From Gemmatimonadales bacterium (GTDB lineage: Bacteria; Gemmatimonadota; Gemmatimonadetes; Gemmatimonadales; GWC2-71-9), in the NCBI GenBank assembly GCA_038205305.1, contig JBBRBZ010000001.1:1811-65810 (forward strand): a DNA stretch of 64,000 bases, written 5' to 3'. Below, piece by piece: positions 1-8,672 of this stretch (within the stretch, counting starts at the first letter, position 1; the number at the start of each line of letters is the position of its first letter). The position numbers and the translations under genes were made by a program. Under the pieces are notes generated by a model. The model ran no database searches. It was not told the DNA's origin and saw nothing but the letters and a program-made list of their open reading frames with translations.

Positions 1-1578
1 TGTCAACGTGCGACGCTGGGCCAGTGCGAAGGATTCGATCCGCGCTGCCATGCCGGTCAGCGCGCGTCGCGTCTCCTCATCAATCGCATCGACAGCCGCT
101 CGAAGCGCTGCCGCGTCGACGATCAGGGGGCGTTGGCCGTCCCAACCGTCGAATTTTCTCGCGAAGCGTTCAAGCTCGCGATCGCCGCCCTTGCGTACCG
201 CGGCCACGATAGCCGATGCGCCTTCAAGAGTGGCCGCGTCAATCGCGCTCGGCGCCCGCGGTGGCAGCGCGTCCGACCGAACCCGACGCAGCGCGTCGAA
301 GGCAACCGGCGCGGGCGTTGCGGCGGGCTTGGCATCACCAGGGCGTCGGGTCACTCGCGTGGTGCGCGTATCGAGCTCGTGTTCCACATCGGCCAGTGTG
401 CAGCCGTGCGCCGCCAGCTTCACCATGGTGAAGTAGAGCACGTCGGCCGCTTCCGCGACCGCCGCTTCGGCAGTCGTCGTCGCCGCGAGTTCACCTGCTT
501 CCTCGACCAGCTTGCTGGCAAGGAGCGACGGAGTCTCCCACAGTCGCTGCGTGTAGGAGCCGGCGACCGCTTTCTGTCGGCGTGCGCGCAGGGTCGATTC
601 CAGGCCGGTCAAGCCTGGGGCGTCATTCCAGCAGGTGAGTGAGCCGGTGTGACAGAAGCCCGGATCGGCCTGACGCACCGTGAAGCGGATGGCATCGCGA
701 TCGCAGTCGAGGTCGACGCGCAGCAATTGTTGCGTGGCACCCGAGGTGGCGCCCTTCTCCCACACTCCCCTCCGACGCGAGTGGTAAATCCCGCGTCGCG
801 TTTCGATCGCCTGCGCCAGGCTCTCGCGGCTTGACCATGCCAGGCCCAGCGCGGTCCCCCGCTCATCGACCACCACCGTCGCGAAGAGTCCGTCGGCACG
901 ATCGGTGATCAGCGGGGCGGCCACCGCATCGGCCAGTGAAAGGTGACCGGTATAGAGTGCCATCCCCACTTGGGCATCGACGCCGAGGGCGTCGAGTGCC
1001 GCGATATCTTGGGCAGTGGTGACACCACCGGCGACGGTGATCCGCACGTTACCTGTTGCGGCTACCATCTGCTTTACCGCGGGCAGATCGATGCCAGCCA
1101 TCCGCCCTTCCCGCTCGACAAAGGTGAGCAGGAAGCCGCCCACCACGTCACGCAGTTCCACGATCCGGTCGAGCACACTACTCCCGGTCCGCGTGCGCCA
1201 ACCGTGCGTCACCACCTCGCCGTCGATCGCATCGAGCGCAGCGATCGTGCGCTCGCGGGGGAGGGCGCAAAGGAAGTCGGGCGTTGCGGCGGTCCCGATG
1301 ATGATCTTCGCGGCGCCCGCATCGAGCCAGAAGCGGGCACGGTCGAGATCGCGAATGCCGCCGCCGACGCGCACCGGAAACCGCCGGCAGAGCGGGGCGA
1401 GGAGCGCGCGTTGATCGCCCTCGCCCAGTGCAGCGTCGAGGTCGATCAGTGCCACTTCGCCGGCGATGGTGAATCGCTCGAGCCAATCCACCGGCGCGCC
1501 AGCCTCGAGCGCAAGATCGCGACCACCCACGAGTTGGACGGTCCGTCCCTTCGCAACATCGACTGATGGAATGATCAT
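1..1578 (-). CDS. Fused histidine-biosynthesis protein: HisA (ProFAR isomerase) + HisI (PR-AMP cyclohydrolase) + HisE (PR-ATP pyrophosphatase) + N-terminal part of HisD (histidinol dehydrogenase); 3' end runs off the window
   Basis: My own reverse-complement translation from ATG 1578..1576. The frame is absent from the ORF track because it never terminates inside the window. HisA: MIIPSVDVAKGRTVQLVGG...VRVGGGIRD. HisI: GLFATVVVDERGTALGLAWSSRESL...WEKGATSGATQQLLRVDLDCDRDAIRFTVRQADPGFCHTGSLTCW. HisE: SYTQRLWETPSLLASKLVEEAGELA...EAADVLYFTMVKLAAHG. HisD N-terminus: IVAAVRKGGDRELERFARKFDGW. ATGA overlap with the hisF stop. Confidence 0.85.
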   Translation of the reverse strand, partial: MIIPSVDVAKGRTVQLVGGRDLALEAGAPVDWLERFTIAGEVALIDLDAALGEGDQRALLAPLCRRFPVRVGGGIRDLDRARFWLDAGAAKIIIGTAATPDFLCALPRERTIAALDAIDGEVVTHGWRTRTGSSVLDRIVELRDVVGGFLLTFVEREGRMAGIDLPAVKQMVAATGNVRITVAGGVTTAQDIAALDALGVDAQVGMALYTGHLSLADAVAAPLITDRADGLFATVVVDERGTALGLAWSSRESLAQAIETRRGIYHSRRRGVWEKGATSGATQQLLRVDLDCDRDAIRFTVRQADPGFCHTGSLTCWNDAPGLTGLESTLRARRQKAVAGSYTQRLWETPSLLASKLVEEAGELAATTTAEAAVAEAADVLYFTMVKLAAHGCTLADVEHELDTRTTRVTRRPGDAKPAATPAPVAFDALRRVRSDALPPRAPSAIDAATLEGASAIVAAVRKGGDRELERFARKFDGWDGQRPLIVDAAALRAAVDAIDEETRRALTGMAARIESFALAQRRTLT

Positions 1579-2330
1579 GGCCGAATCTCCACTCCGCGTG
1601 AGGCCAGATACTGTTTGACTTCCGAAACCGTCGTGTCCCCGTCGTGAAACATCGAAGCGGCCAGCACCGCGTCCGCGCCGGCCGCGATGGCGTCAAAGAA
1701 ATCTTCCGCCGTGCGGGCCCCACCGGAGGCGATGACGGGCAGGCGGATGCGCTCGCTCACGGCAGCCACCAGTTCCAGATCGAAGCCACTCCGCGTGCCG
1801 TCGCGATCAATGCTGGTGAGCAGGATCTCTCCCGCCCCGCGCTGCTCCACTTCCATCGCCCACTCGACGGCGTCGCGAGCCGTGGCGTTCGCTCCGGAGT
1901 GGGAGAAGACCCGCCACGCCCTATCACCATCCCGAGCCGCGTCGATGGCGACGGTCACGCATTGCCGTCCGAACCGCGTGGCGAGTTCCGTGACCAGATC
2001 TGGACGCTCGATTGCGGCGGTGTTCACACCCACCTTGTCGGCGCCGGCATTCAGCAACGCCTCGGCGTCGGCGATGCTGCGCACGCCACCACCCACCGTG
2101 AGCGGAATGCGGAGCGTGGCGCGCACCTCGCGCACGGTGTCCAGCGCGTGGGCGCGCCCGTCCGGGGTGGCCGAGACATCGAGCAGCACGAGCTCATCGG
2201 CGCCCGAAAGGTCATAGGCGGCGGCGAGCCCACCCGGCGAGCCAGCATCGCGCAGGTCGCGGAACTGGCGACCCTTCACGACCCGACCATCGCGGGTGTC
2301 GAGGCAGGGAATGATGCGCCGAGTCAGCAT
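1575..2330 (-). CDS. hisF: Imidazole glycerol phosphate synthase, cyclase subunit HisF
   Basis: ORF 1575..2465 trimmed to Met46 ([20 protein letters not shown]...). HisF-typical RIIPCLD, GADKVGVNTAA and VIASGGA segments. Overlaps the hisH stop by 7 nt. Confidence 0.93.
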   Translation of the reverse strand: MLTRRIIPCLDTRDGRVVKGRQFRDLRDAGSPGGLAAAYDLSGADELVLLDVSATPDGRAHALDTVREVRATLRIPLTVGGGVRSIADAEALLNAGADKVGVNTAAIERPDLVTELATRFGRQCVTVAIDAARDGDRAWRVFSHSGANATARDAVEWAMEVEQRGAGEILLTSIDRDGTRSGFDLELVAAVSERIRLPVIASGGARTAEDFFDAIAAGADAVLAASMFHDGDTTVSEVKQYLASRGVEIRP

Positions 2331-2929
2331 GCCGCGCTCCATCGTGCCAGCAGACCCTCTCCCCACGCGCCGGAGAGCTCCGGGTGAAACTGGCAGGCCA
2401 GTTGTGTCCCACGTTCGAACGCCGCGATGAAGGGTCGACCATGCTCGCTTGAGGCCGCCAACCATGAAGCCGCCCCCTCGGTGAAGCAGTAGGAGTTGGC
2501 GAAGTAGGCGTAGCCGGGTTGCACGAACTGCATTCCCTCGGCGGGCTCCACGCGATTCCAGCCGATCTGGGGGAGCCGCACACCCGCCGGAAGTTTCCGA
2601 ACGACATTCGGGATCACGCCGAACCCCCCCACGAGACCGGATTCTTCGCTGGTGCGCGCCAGCAGCTGCATGCCGAGGCAGATCATCAACATCGGCTCCT
2701 TCGCCTGCAGCCGTTCCAGGAGCACGGTGTCCATGCCGGACTGCCGCAGCTGCTCGCGCGCAGCGCCAAAGGCACCGACACCCGGAAGCACCACCCGGCG
2801 GGCACGTCGGACATCGTCAGGCGTCCGCGCGATGACCGCGCGCAATCCGATCCGACCGAACGCCGCCACCACCGATGCAAGATTGGCGGTGCCGGTCGAG
2901 ACGATGCTCACGTCGGCGGCCGGCGTCAC
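2324..2929 (-). CDS. hisH: Imidazole glycerol phosphate synthase, glutamine amidotransferase subunit HisH
   Basis: ORF 2324..2929 with GTG start. VLPGVGAFG, catalytic-Cys context MICLGMQLL, and QFHPELS near the C-terminus. GTGA overlap with the hisB stop. Confidence 0.93.
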   Translation of the reverse strand: MTPAADVSIVSTGTANLASVVAAFGRIGLRAVIARTPDDVRRARRVVLPGVGAFGAAREQLRQSGMDTVLLERLQAKEPMLMICLGMQLLARTSEESGLVGGFGVIPNVVRKLPAGVRLPQIGWNRVEPAEGMQFVQPGYAYFANSYCFTEGAASWLAASSEHGRPFIAAFERGTQLACQFHPELSGAWGEGLLARWSAAC

Positions 2930-3513
2930 AGCGCCCCCTTGGTGCTGGGGATGTCGCCGCTCTCGGTGCGCCGCACGGCGACGCGGAGTGCGAGCGCCAC
3001 CGCCTTGAACGCCGCCTCTGCCCGGTGATGGTCGTTCTCCCCTGTGAGCACATCCACGTGAAGTGTCATCCGGGCCGCGGTCGCCAGCGAACGCAGCACA
3101 TGCGGGATGTTCTCACACGAGAGGGCACCGAGTCGTTCCCGTTCGAGACTGAGTTCGATCCGCGCGAAGGGACGCCCCGAGAAATCGACCACCGCACGGG
3201 CGAGCGCCTCATCGAGCGGCGCGTAGGCCGAGCCGAATCGGGTCAGGCTGCGACGATCACCCAGTGCCTCATCGAGCGCTGCACCGAGCACCAGGGCGCA
3301 GTCCTCTGCCGTGTGATGGTCGTCCACCTGGAGGTCGCCGGTGGCGCGCAGGGAGAGATCGAACCCGGCGTGCAGCGTGAGCGCCGTGAGCAGGTGGTCC
3401 AGGAAGCCGATGCCGGTGGTGATCTCGGCGGTGCCGGTGCCATCAAGCATGAGGGTCGCTTCGACGGTGGTCTCACGCGTGCGCCGCGTGATGGTGGCGG
3501 TACGCGGCATCAT
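2926..3513 (-). CDS. hisB: Imidazoleglycerol-phosphate dehydratase HisB (monofunctional, no HAD phosphatase domain)
   Basis: ORF 2926..3684 trimmed to Met58 ([21 protein letters not shown]...). IGPD motifs [17 protein letters not shown] and [13 protein letters not shown] overlap with the upstream stop. Confidence 0.92.
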   Translation of the reverse strand: MMPRTATITRRTRETTVEATLMLDGTGTAEITTGIGFLDHLLTALTLHAGFDLSLRATGDLQVDDHHTAEDCALVLGAALDEALGDRRSLTRFGSAYAPLDEALARAVVDFSGRPFARIELSLERERLGALSCENIPHVLRSLATAARMTLHVDVLTGENDHHRAEAAFKAVALALRVAVRRTESGDIPSTKGAL

Positions 3514-5183
3514 GGCAGGACCTCTTCGAGAAGATTGGTGGATGGCAGAACCCACGCGGCGCCGGCGGCGCGCAACGTCGTGTCGAGCAGCTCTCCCGTG
3601 GACTGCGGTGGCAGTACGCCGACCGGGAGAGCTCCGGCCGCGCGCGCGGCCTGCACGTCGTCGGGCGTGTCGCCGATCATCCACGCGCGCGAGACGTCGA
3701 GGCGCCGCATCGCCTCCCCCACGGGGAATGGATCGGGTTTGAGCGGGCCATCATCGCGGGTGACACAGGTCGAGAAGCATTCCGTCAGGCCGAACCGCTC
3801 GAGGAATCGCTCGGCGTCGGCCCTGGGCCGGCCCGTCACGATGCCGAGCGGGAATCGCGACGCCAGATGCTCGAGCAGCTCTTGGCTCACCAGCAGCGTC
3901 TCGGACTCTCGAAGCCCCGGGCGGCCTGGTTCGCCCTGGTAGATCGATTCGAAGCGGCACTTCACCGTTGCGAGGGGAACCTCGGTGCCGCGGGCCTTCA
4001 GTAGATCGGTGGTGAGTTGCCAATCGTCGTTGGCGTGGCCGGCGGCTTTTGCTGCGGCGATGTCGGAGGGGAGGAGGGTCACGCCAAAGCTGGCGGCGGT
4101 CTCGATGATCGCCTGCCGGTATGAGGTGGTGACATCCGCCAGGACGCCGTCCATGTCGAACAGGAGCGTCTGGGGCGACAGGACCGTCCGAAGCGCCGCC
4201 TCAAGTTGGAACCATGTTTTATCGGTTACAGGACAGGTGATGCGTACCCAGTTGTCCTCCGCATCGGCGAGGAGGCGAACGGAGACCCCCATGCCGGCGA
4301 GGGCGTCGCGCAGCCACGCTGCGCGCGGTGGTCGGATACAGACAAAATTGGCCTCGCTGGGCAGGGGCTCGAGTGCCAGCTCTACAAGGAGCGCGGTGAG
4401 GCGAACGCGGTTTGCGATGATCGCCTCGCGAGTCGCCGCCCGCCCGGCGGGATCGTCTTTCACTGCCGCCAGGGCGCGGGCAAGCGACTCGGCCGCGATC
4501 GGGTAGGGATTACCCACGCGGCGCATCCATTCGATCACGTCGGGCGGCCCGGCAGCCCAGCCGACCCGGATGCCAGGAAGTCCCCACGCCTTGGAGAAGG
4601 TGCGGGTGACCACGATTCCCGGTTCGGCGAGCAGTGCGACGGTGGGGTCAGCCTCGGCGAATTCCACGTAGGCGAGATCCACCACGAGCAGCGCATCGGG
4701 AGCGGAGCGGGCGATCTCCCGCAACGCGTCGAGCGATGCGACGGCACCGGTGGGATTGTTGGGCGAAACGATGACGATCAACCGGGTGTTGTCGTTCACC
4801 TCTCGGAGCAGCTTCTCGACGGGCAGCGCACCTGTCGTCCACGCTACCTCCCGGATGGTGGCGCCCACGAGCCGAGCGTAGCGTGGCAGCATCTCGAAGG
4901 TGGGTGACGTGAGGATCACCTCGTCGCCGCGACTGAGCACGGCGCGGAACGCCCGCTCGAGCGCCTCGTCGGCGCCGGCGGTGACGAGGATCTGCGTGTC
5001 CGACACGCCAACCATCTGCGCCAAACGGGCGGCGAGGGCCCGGCTGTCGGGGTAGGGTGACATCGCCGTGTTGGCGAGATCGAGCGTGATCTGCCCTCCA
5101 GGCCGGGGAGCGCGGTACGCCGTGACGGCCGTGGCTGCGACGGATGGCCGTGGGCCCGAGGTGACCGTTGCGATACCAGTCAT
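3510..5183 (-). CDS. hisC: Histidinol-phosphate aminotransferase (HisC) fused to a C-terminal HAD-superfamily phosphatase domain
   Basis: ORF 3510..5183 (557 aa). N-terminal about 345 aa is a class-II aminotransferase: SPNNPTG, and [14 protein letters not shown] carrying the PLP lysine. C-terminal about 200 aa has HAD motifs I-IV: [34 protein letters not shown] overlap with the hisG stop. Confidence 0.9.
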   Translation of the reverse strand: MTGIATVTSGPRPSVAATAVTAYRAPRPGGQITLDLANTAMSPYPDSRALAARLAQMVGVSDTQILVTAGADEALERAFRAVLSRGDEVILTSPTFEMLPRYARLVGATIREVAWTTGALPVEKLLREVNDNTRLIVIVSPNNPTGAVASLDALREIARSAPDALLVVDLAYVEFAEADPTVALLAEPGIVVTRTFSKAWGLPGIRVGWAAGPPDVIEWMRRVGNPYPIAAESLARALAAVKDDPAGRAATREAIIANRVRLTALLVELALEPLPSEANFVCIRPPRAAWLRDALAGMGVSVRLLADAEDNWVRITCPVTDKTWFQLEAALRTVLSPQTLLFDMDGVLADVTTSYRQAIIETAASFGVTLLPSDIAAAKAAGHANDDWQLTTDLLKARGTEVPLATVKCRFESIYQGEPGRPGLRESETLLVSQELLEHLASRFPLGIVTGRPRADAERFLERFGLTECFSTCVTRDDGPLKPDPFPVGEAMRRLDVSRAWMIGDTPDDVQAARAAGALPVGVLPPQSTGELLDTTLRAAGAAWVLPSTNLLEEVLP

Positions 5184-6055
5184 GGCACGATCTGCGTCAA
5201 GGCGCTGACAATCAGGTCCGTGCCACCGCTTGCCTTCACCAGCGGGACAATGCGCGGCAGGTCGGCGCGCAACACCGCCGACTTGATCGCGAAGCCAGCA
5301 TCACCGTGGAGCATGGCGATGGTCGGTTCGCGCATGCAGGGCAGCACGGCACAGACCGCCTCAAGCCGGTCCGGCGTCACATTCACTTCCAGCATGACGC
5401 GCCGGCGGGCCTCGAGGACGGACCCGACCAGCATGGCCAGATCCTCGACCGCGGCGCGACGTGCGGGTTGGTCGAGAATCCGGCGATTGACAAAGAGCCG
5501 AGTGGAAGAGGTCATCAGGGTGTCGAAGATCGACAGCCCGTTGGCGGCGAGCGTCGCACCCGTGGCGGTATTGTCGACGATCAAGTCGGCGTCGTCGGGT
5601 GGAAAGACTTCGGTGGCACCGTAGGAGCGCACGAAAGTGGCGTCGAGTCCCAGCCGGGCGATCCATTGCCGGGTGAGGTTGGGATACTCCGAGGCGACAA
5701 CCAGGCCATCGCGCCGTCGCAGTTGGCCGCCGGTGAGCAGGGCGTCCGGAGCAGCGGCCACCAGCGAGACCGGGTCGAGTCCGGTGTCGAGGACCTCGAC
5801 GAGATCTGCCCCGAGCTCCGCGACCCAGTCGGCCCCGGCGAAGCCGGCATCGCGAGAACCCGCGGCGACCATCTCGATGATGTTCTGGGGCTTGAGGATC
5901 TTGACGTTGTAGCCACCGGCGATCGTCGGTCGGTATTCCCGACTGCCGGCGCGAACCTTCAATCCGGCCGCGTCGAGCAGCGTGAACAGTTCCGCCTGCA
6001 TGCGCCCCTTGGGCAGGGCAAGGCGAAGGGTGGTGGGCTCATCCTGTGGTGTCAT
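5180..6055 (-). CDS. hisG: ATP phosphoribosyltransferase HisG (long form with C-terminal regulatory domain)
   Basis: ORF 5180..6103 trimmed to Met17 (MTPQDEPTTLRLALPKGRM...), which has an AGAGGA Shine-Dalgarno 4 nt upstream. LALPKGR and DLIVDNTATGATL segments are typical of HisG. Confidence 0.9.
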   Translation of the reverse strand: MTPQDEPTTLRLALPKGRMQAELFTLLDAAGLKVRAGSREYRPTIAGGYNVKILKPQNIIEMVAAGSRDAGFAGADWVAELGADLVEVLDTGLDPVSLVAAAPDALLTGGQLRRRDGLVVASEYPNLTRQWIARLGLDATFVRSYGATEVFPPDDADLIVDNTATGATLAANGLSIFDTLMTSSTRLFVNRRILDQPARRAAVEDLAMLVGSVLEARRRVMLEVNVTPDRLEAVCAVLPCMREPTIAMLHGDAGFAIKSAVLRADLPRIVPLVKASGGTDLIVSALTQIVP

Positions 6056-6100
6056 GTCGTCCTCTGCGGCCCTGCCGGGCGGCGTCGGACTCCGGAAAGT

Positions 6101-6128
6101 CAAAACGCCGACCCAGAGGGGCCGGCGT
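6101..6128 (-). terminator. Candidate attenuator/intrinsic terminator between his leader peptide and hisG
   Basis: Minus-strand RNA ACGCCGGCCC-CUCU-GGGUCGGCGU: a 10-bp stem with one G-U pair and a 4-nt loop. It is followed by UUUG. It lies 37 nt after the leader stop and 46 nt before the hisG ATG. Confidence 0.6.
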
Positions 6129-6165
6129 TGTTGGTTTGGCGAACTGAACTACTCGCTCCGCAACA

Positions 6166-6225
6166 TCAGACCGCCCCGGGGACTCCGTGGTGATGGTGAT
6201 GATGGCGGTGTGAGGTGGTAAGCAT
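6166..6225 (-). CDS. Histidine-operon leader peptide (MLTTSHRHHHHHHGVPGAV*)
   Basis: Hand translation of the minus strand from ATG 6225..6223. There are 19 codons, and 7 of 8 consecutive codons (6210..6187) are His (CAC/CAT). Stop TGA at 6168..6166. Too short to appear in the ORF track. Confidence 0.7.
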   Translation of the reverse strand: MLTTSHRHHHHHHGVPGAV

Positions 6226-6231
6226 GGGCTC

Positions 6232-6260
6232 AATCTACACCACCCCCTGGGGTCTTGCAA
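6232..6260 (-). promoter_or_regulatory. Candidate sigma-70-type promoter of the his operon (-35 TTGCAA, 17-nt spacer, -10 TAGATT)
   Basis: On the minus strand, TTGCAA (6260..6255), a 17-nt spacer, then TAGATT (6237..6232). The -10 ends 6 nt before the leader-peptide ATG, implying a leaderless transcript. No SD is present. Confidence 0.45.
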
Positions 6261-6392
6261 GCCGACATGCTGGGCTGACCGGGGCCCAGGTGCGGGCATT
6301 CCGGGCCTCCACTGGCTAGATTGACCAGCTTGGACCAGTGGCGGTTGGGTGCCGCCACGCTTCACGCGAAATCCAATGGGAAGGACGGCTCG

Positions 6393-7835
6393 ATGACCGC
6401 GATGGCGCTGCCGGGGTGGGAACTCCCCCTGATCATTCAGGGGGGCATGGGTATCGCCGTCTCGGATTGGCGGTTGGCCCGGGCTGTGTCCACCCGGGGC
6501 CAGCTTGGCGTGGTGTCCGGCACCTGCATCGATTCCGTTCTGGTGCGTCGGCTTCAGGACGGCGATCTGGGCGGGCATATCCGGCGGGCGATGGCGGCGT
6601 TCCCCATTCCCGGGATTGCCGAGGATGCCCTGAAGCGGTTCTTCCGCCCAGAAGGGCGCGAACCGGGGACGCCCTACGCGCTGCTGCCGATGTATCGGCA
6701 GGTGGTCAGCCGGGCCCGCGAGGCGATCACCATGATGGCCTCGTTCGTGGAAGTCTATCTCGCGAAGGAAGGCCACCAGGGTCAGGTCGGTATCAACCTG
6801 CTGACCAAGATCCAGCGACCCAACATGGCCGCACTCTACGGCGCGCTGCTCGCCGGTGTCGATGTCGTCCTCATGGGCGCCGGTATTCCGCGCGAGATCC
6901 CCACCGTGCTTCGCAACTTGGCCGATCACCAGCCTGCCTCGCTGCGCTTCGATGTGGAGGAGACTGCGCGGGATGTGGTGGAGCACATCACCTTCGATCC
7001 GTCGCAGTACTACATCACCATGCCCGAGCCGGTGCGGGTGCCGAAGTTCCTGCCGATCGTCGCCAGCAACTCACTCGCCACCATGCTCGCCCGCAAGACC
7101 GTCGGCATCGATGGCTTCGTGGTCGAGGGGTGGACGGCGGGTGGGCACAATGCACCGCCGCGTGGTCCGGCGACCTTCAACGCGCGCGGAGAGCCGGTCT
7201 ACGGCGAGCGCGACATCGTCGACCTCCACCAGCTCGCCGAACTTGGTCTCCCGTTCTGGCTTGCCGGTGGACTCGGCTCACCGGAGCGACTGAAGGAGGC
7301 GCGCCGTGATGGTGCGGCCGGCATCCAGGTTGGCACCCTCTTCGCCTACAGCAACGAGTCGGGCTTCACCGCCGCGCTCAAGCGCGAGGTGCTTGAGAGC
7401 GCCAATCAGGGCAACGTCGATGTCACCACCGATCCGCGCGCCTCGCCGACCGGCTACCCCTTCAAGGTGGTGACGTGGAAGGGTCCCAATGGCGGCATGC
7501 CCAAGCGCGAACGGCTCTGCGACTTGGGCTACCTGCGCACCGCCTTCCGCGATCCGGAAAGCGGTCGGATCAACTATCGCTGCCCGAGCGAGCCGATCGA
7601 TGCCTTCCTCAAAAAGGGCGGCACCATCGAGGAGACGGTTGGCCGTCAGTGTCTCTGCAACGCGCTGATGTCCAACATCGGCTTGGCACAGGAACACGAC
7701 GACGGCACCGTCGAGCCACCGCTGCTCACCAGTGGCGATGACCTGATGCAGATCGGCCGCTTCCTGCAGGGACGGACGTCCTATGCTGCCGGTGACGTCA
7801 TCGACTACCTCCTCGGCGAGACCGCCAGCGCCTGA
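6393..7835 (+). CDS. Nitronate monooxygenase / 2-nitropropane dioxygenase-like FMN oxidoreductase (NMO/FabK-like family)
   Basis: ORF 6321..7835. I prefer ATG 6393 because GGAAGGA sits 7 nt upstream. IIQGGMGIAVS, VVLMGAGIPREIP and GFVVEGWTAGGHN are typical of the NMO TIM-barrel family. Confidence 0.8.
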   Translation: MTAMALPGWELPLIIQGGMGIAVSDWRLARAVSTRGQLGVVSGTCIDSVLVRRLQDGDLGGHIRRAMAAFPIPGIAEDALKRFFRPEGREPGTPYALLPMYRQVVSRAREAITMMASFVEVYLAKEGHQGQVGINLLTKIQRPNMAALYGALLAGVDVVLMGAGIPREIPTVLRNLADHQPASLRFDVEETARDVVEHITFDPSQYYITMPEPVRVPKFLPIVASNSLATMLARKTVGIDGFVVEGWTAGGHNAPPRGPATFNARGEPVYGERDIVDLHQLAELGLPFWLAGGLGSPERLKEARRDGAAGIQVGTLFAYSNESGFTAALKREVLESANQGNVDVTTDPRASPTGYPFKVVTWKGPNGGMPKRERLCDLGYLRTAFRDPESGRINYRCPSEPIDAFLKKGGTIEETVGRQCLCNALMSNIGLAQEHDDGTVEPPLLTSGDDLMQIGRFLQGRTSYAAGDVIDYLLGETASA

Positions 7836-7967
7836 ACCACGCCCGGCTGGTGCCGGAATCGATCTGTCATGTCGGCGTGGGGGATTTGTCATCTCCACGC
7901 CGTACTCTTGCCATACCCTCGGAGCGGCGTGATCGTATCGTGAGGGGACCTCTTCACGGAGCTCCCC

Positions 7968-8666
7968 ATGTTCGCTGTCCTGCCGGCCTCCACGCGCCCC
8001 GCTCCCGCTCATCCTGCCGTGCCATTGGCGGCCACCTTCTTGCATGCGGCACTGGTCGTCTTCGGCGTGGTGGCGACGCGCCAAGTCCTCGCCATTGATC
8101 TCCCGGTCGCGGCCCGCGATCCGCTGCCGCTATTCATCGCGCAGCACCAGCCCATGATACCGACGCCGTCCCGGGCAACCAGCTCCCGTGGGATCTCCGC
8201 TCCGGAGGCCACGCCTCCACGCCCTCTCACGGCCCCGGTCTTCACCCCGATCACCCTGCCTTCGCTCGCGATCGATCCGCCGAGTGCGACCATCGGCACG
8301 AGCCGTTCCTCGTCAGGACCGATCCCGGGAACACACGTCGGCGTCGAGAACACCGAGCCGGGCTCCGGGAGCTATCAGGTTGGCGAGGTGGATGTACCGG
8401 CGGAGCTGACCCGCGCCGTCACGCCGAACTACCCTCCGACGATGCGCGCCCTGGGGCGCTCCGGCGTGGTTCGGGTGCGCTATGTGGTGGACACCCTCGG
8501 GCGGGTCGAGGCGGGATCGGTGGTTGTGGTGGAGTCGTCGGGCGAGTCGTTCACAGGCTCGGCCACTGAGGCGGTAGCGACCATGCGATTTCGTCCTGCG
8601 CGGGTGCGGGGGCGGCCGGTCCGGCAACTGGTCGAGCAGGTGGTACGGTTCGCGATGCGGCCGTGA
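7968..8666 (+). CDS. TonB-family energy transducer (N-terminal TM anchor, Pro-rich linker, C-terminal TonB domain)
   Basis: ORF 7968..8666. Hydrophobic N-terminus and a P/S/T-rich middle. C-terminus VTPNYPPTMRALGRSGVVRVRYVVDTLGRVEAGSVVVVESSGESFTGSATEAVATMRFRPA matches the TonB_C pattern. Confidence 0.8.
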   Translation: MFAVLPASTRPAPAHPAVPLAATFLHAALVVFGVVATRQVLAIDLPVAARDPLPLFIAQHQPMIPTPSRATSSRGISAPEATPPRPLTAPVFTPITLPSLAIDPPSATIGTSRSSSGPIPGTHVGVENTEPGSGSYQVGEVDVPAELTRAVTPNYPPTMRALGRSGVVRVRYVVDTLGRVEAGSVVVVESSGESFTGSATEAVATMRFRPARVRGRPVRQLVEQVVRFAMRP

Positions 8667-8672
8667 GCCGCC

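Noticed and set aside
5181-5200. TGGCACG sequence resembling a sigma-54 -24 element (also at about 25045, 35603 and 49970)
   Set aside because: None has a TTGC -12 element at the required 4-5-nt spacing. All lie inside coding sequence or on the wrong strand relative to downstream genes.
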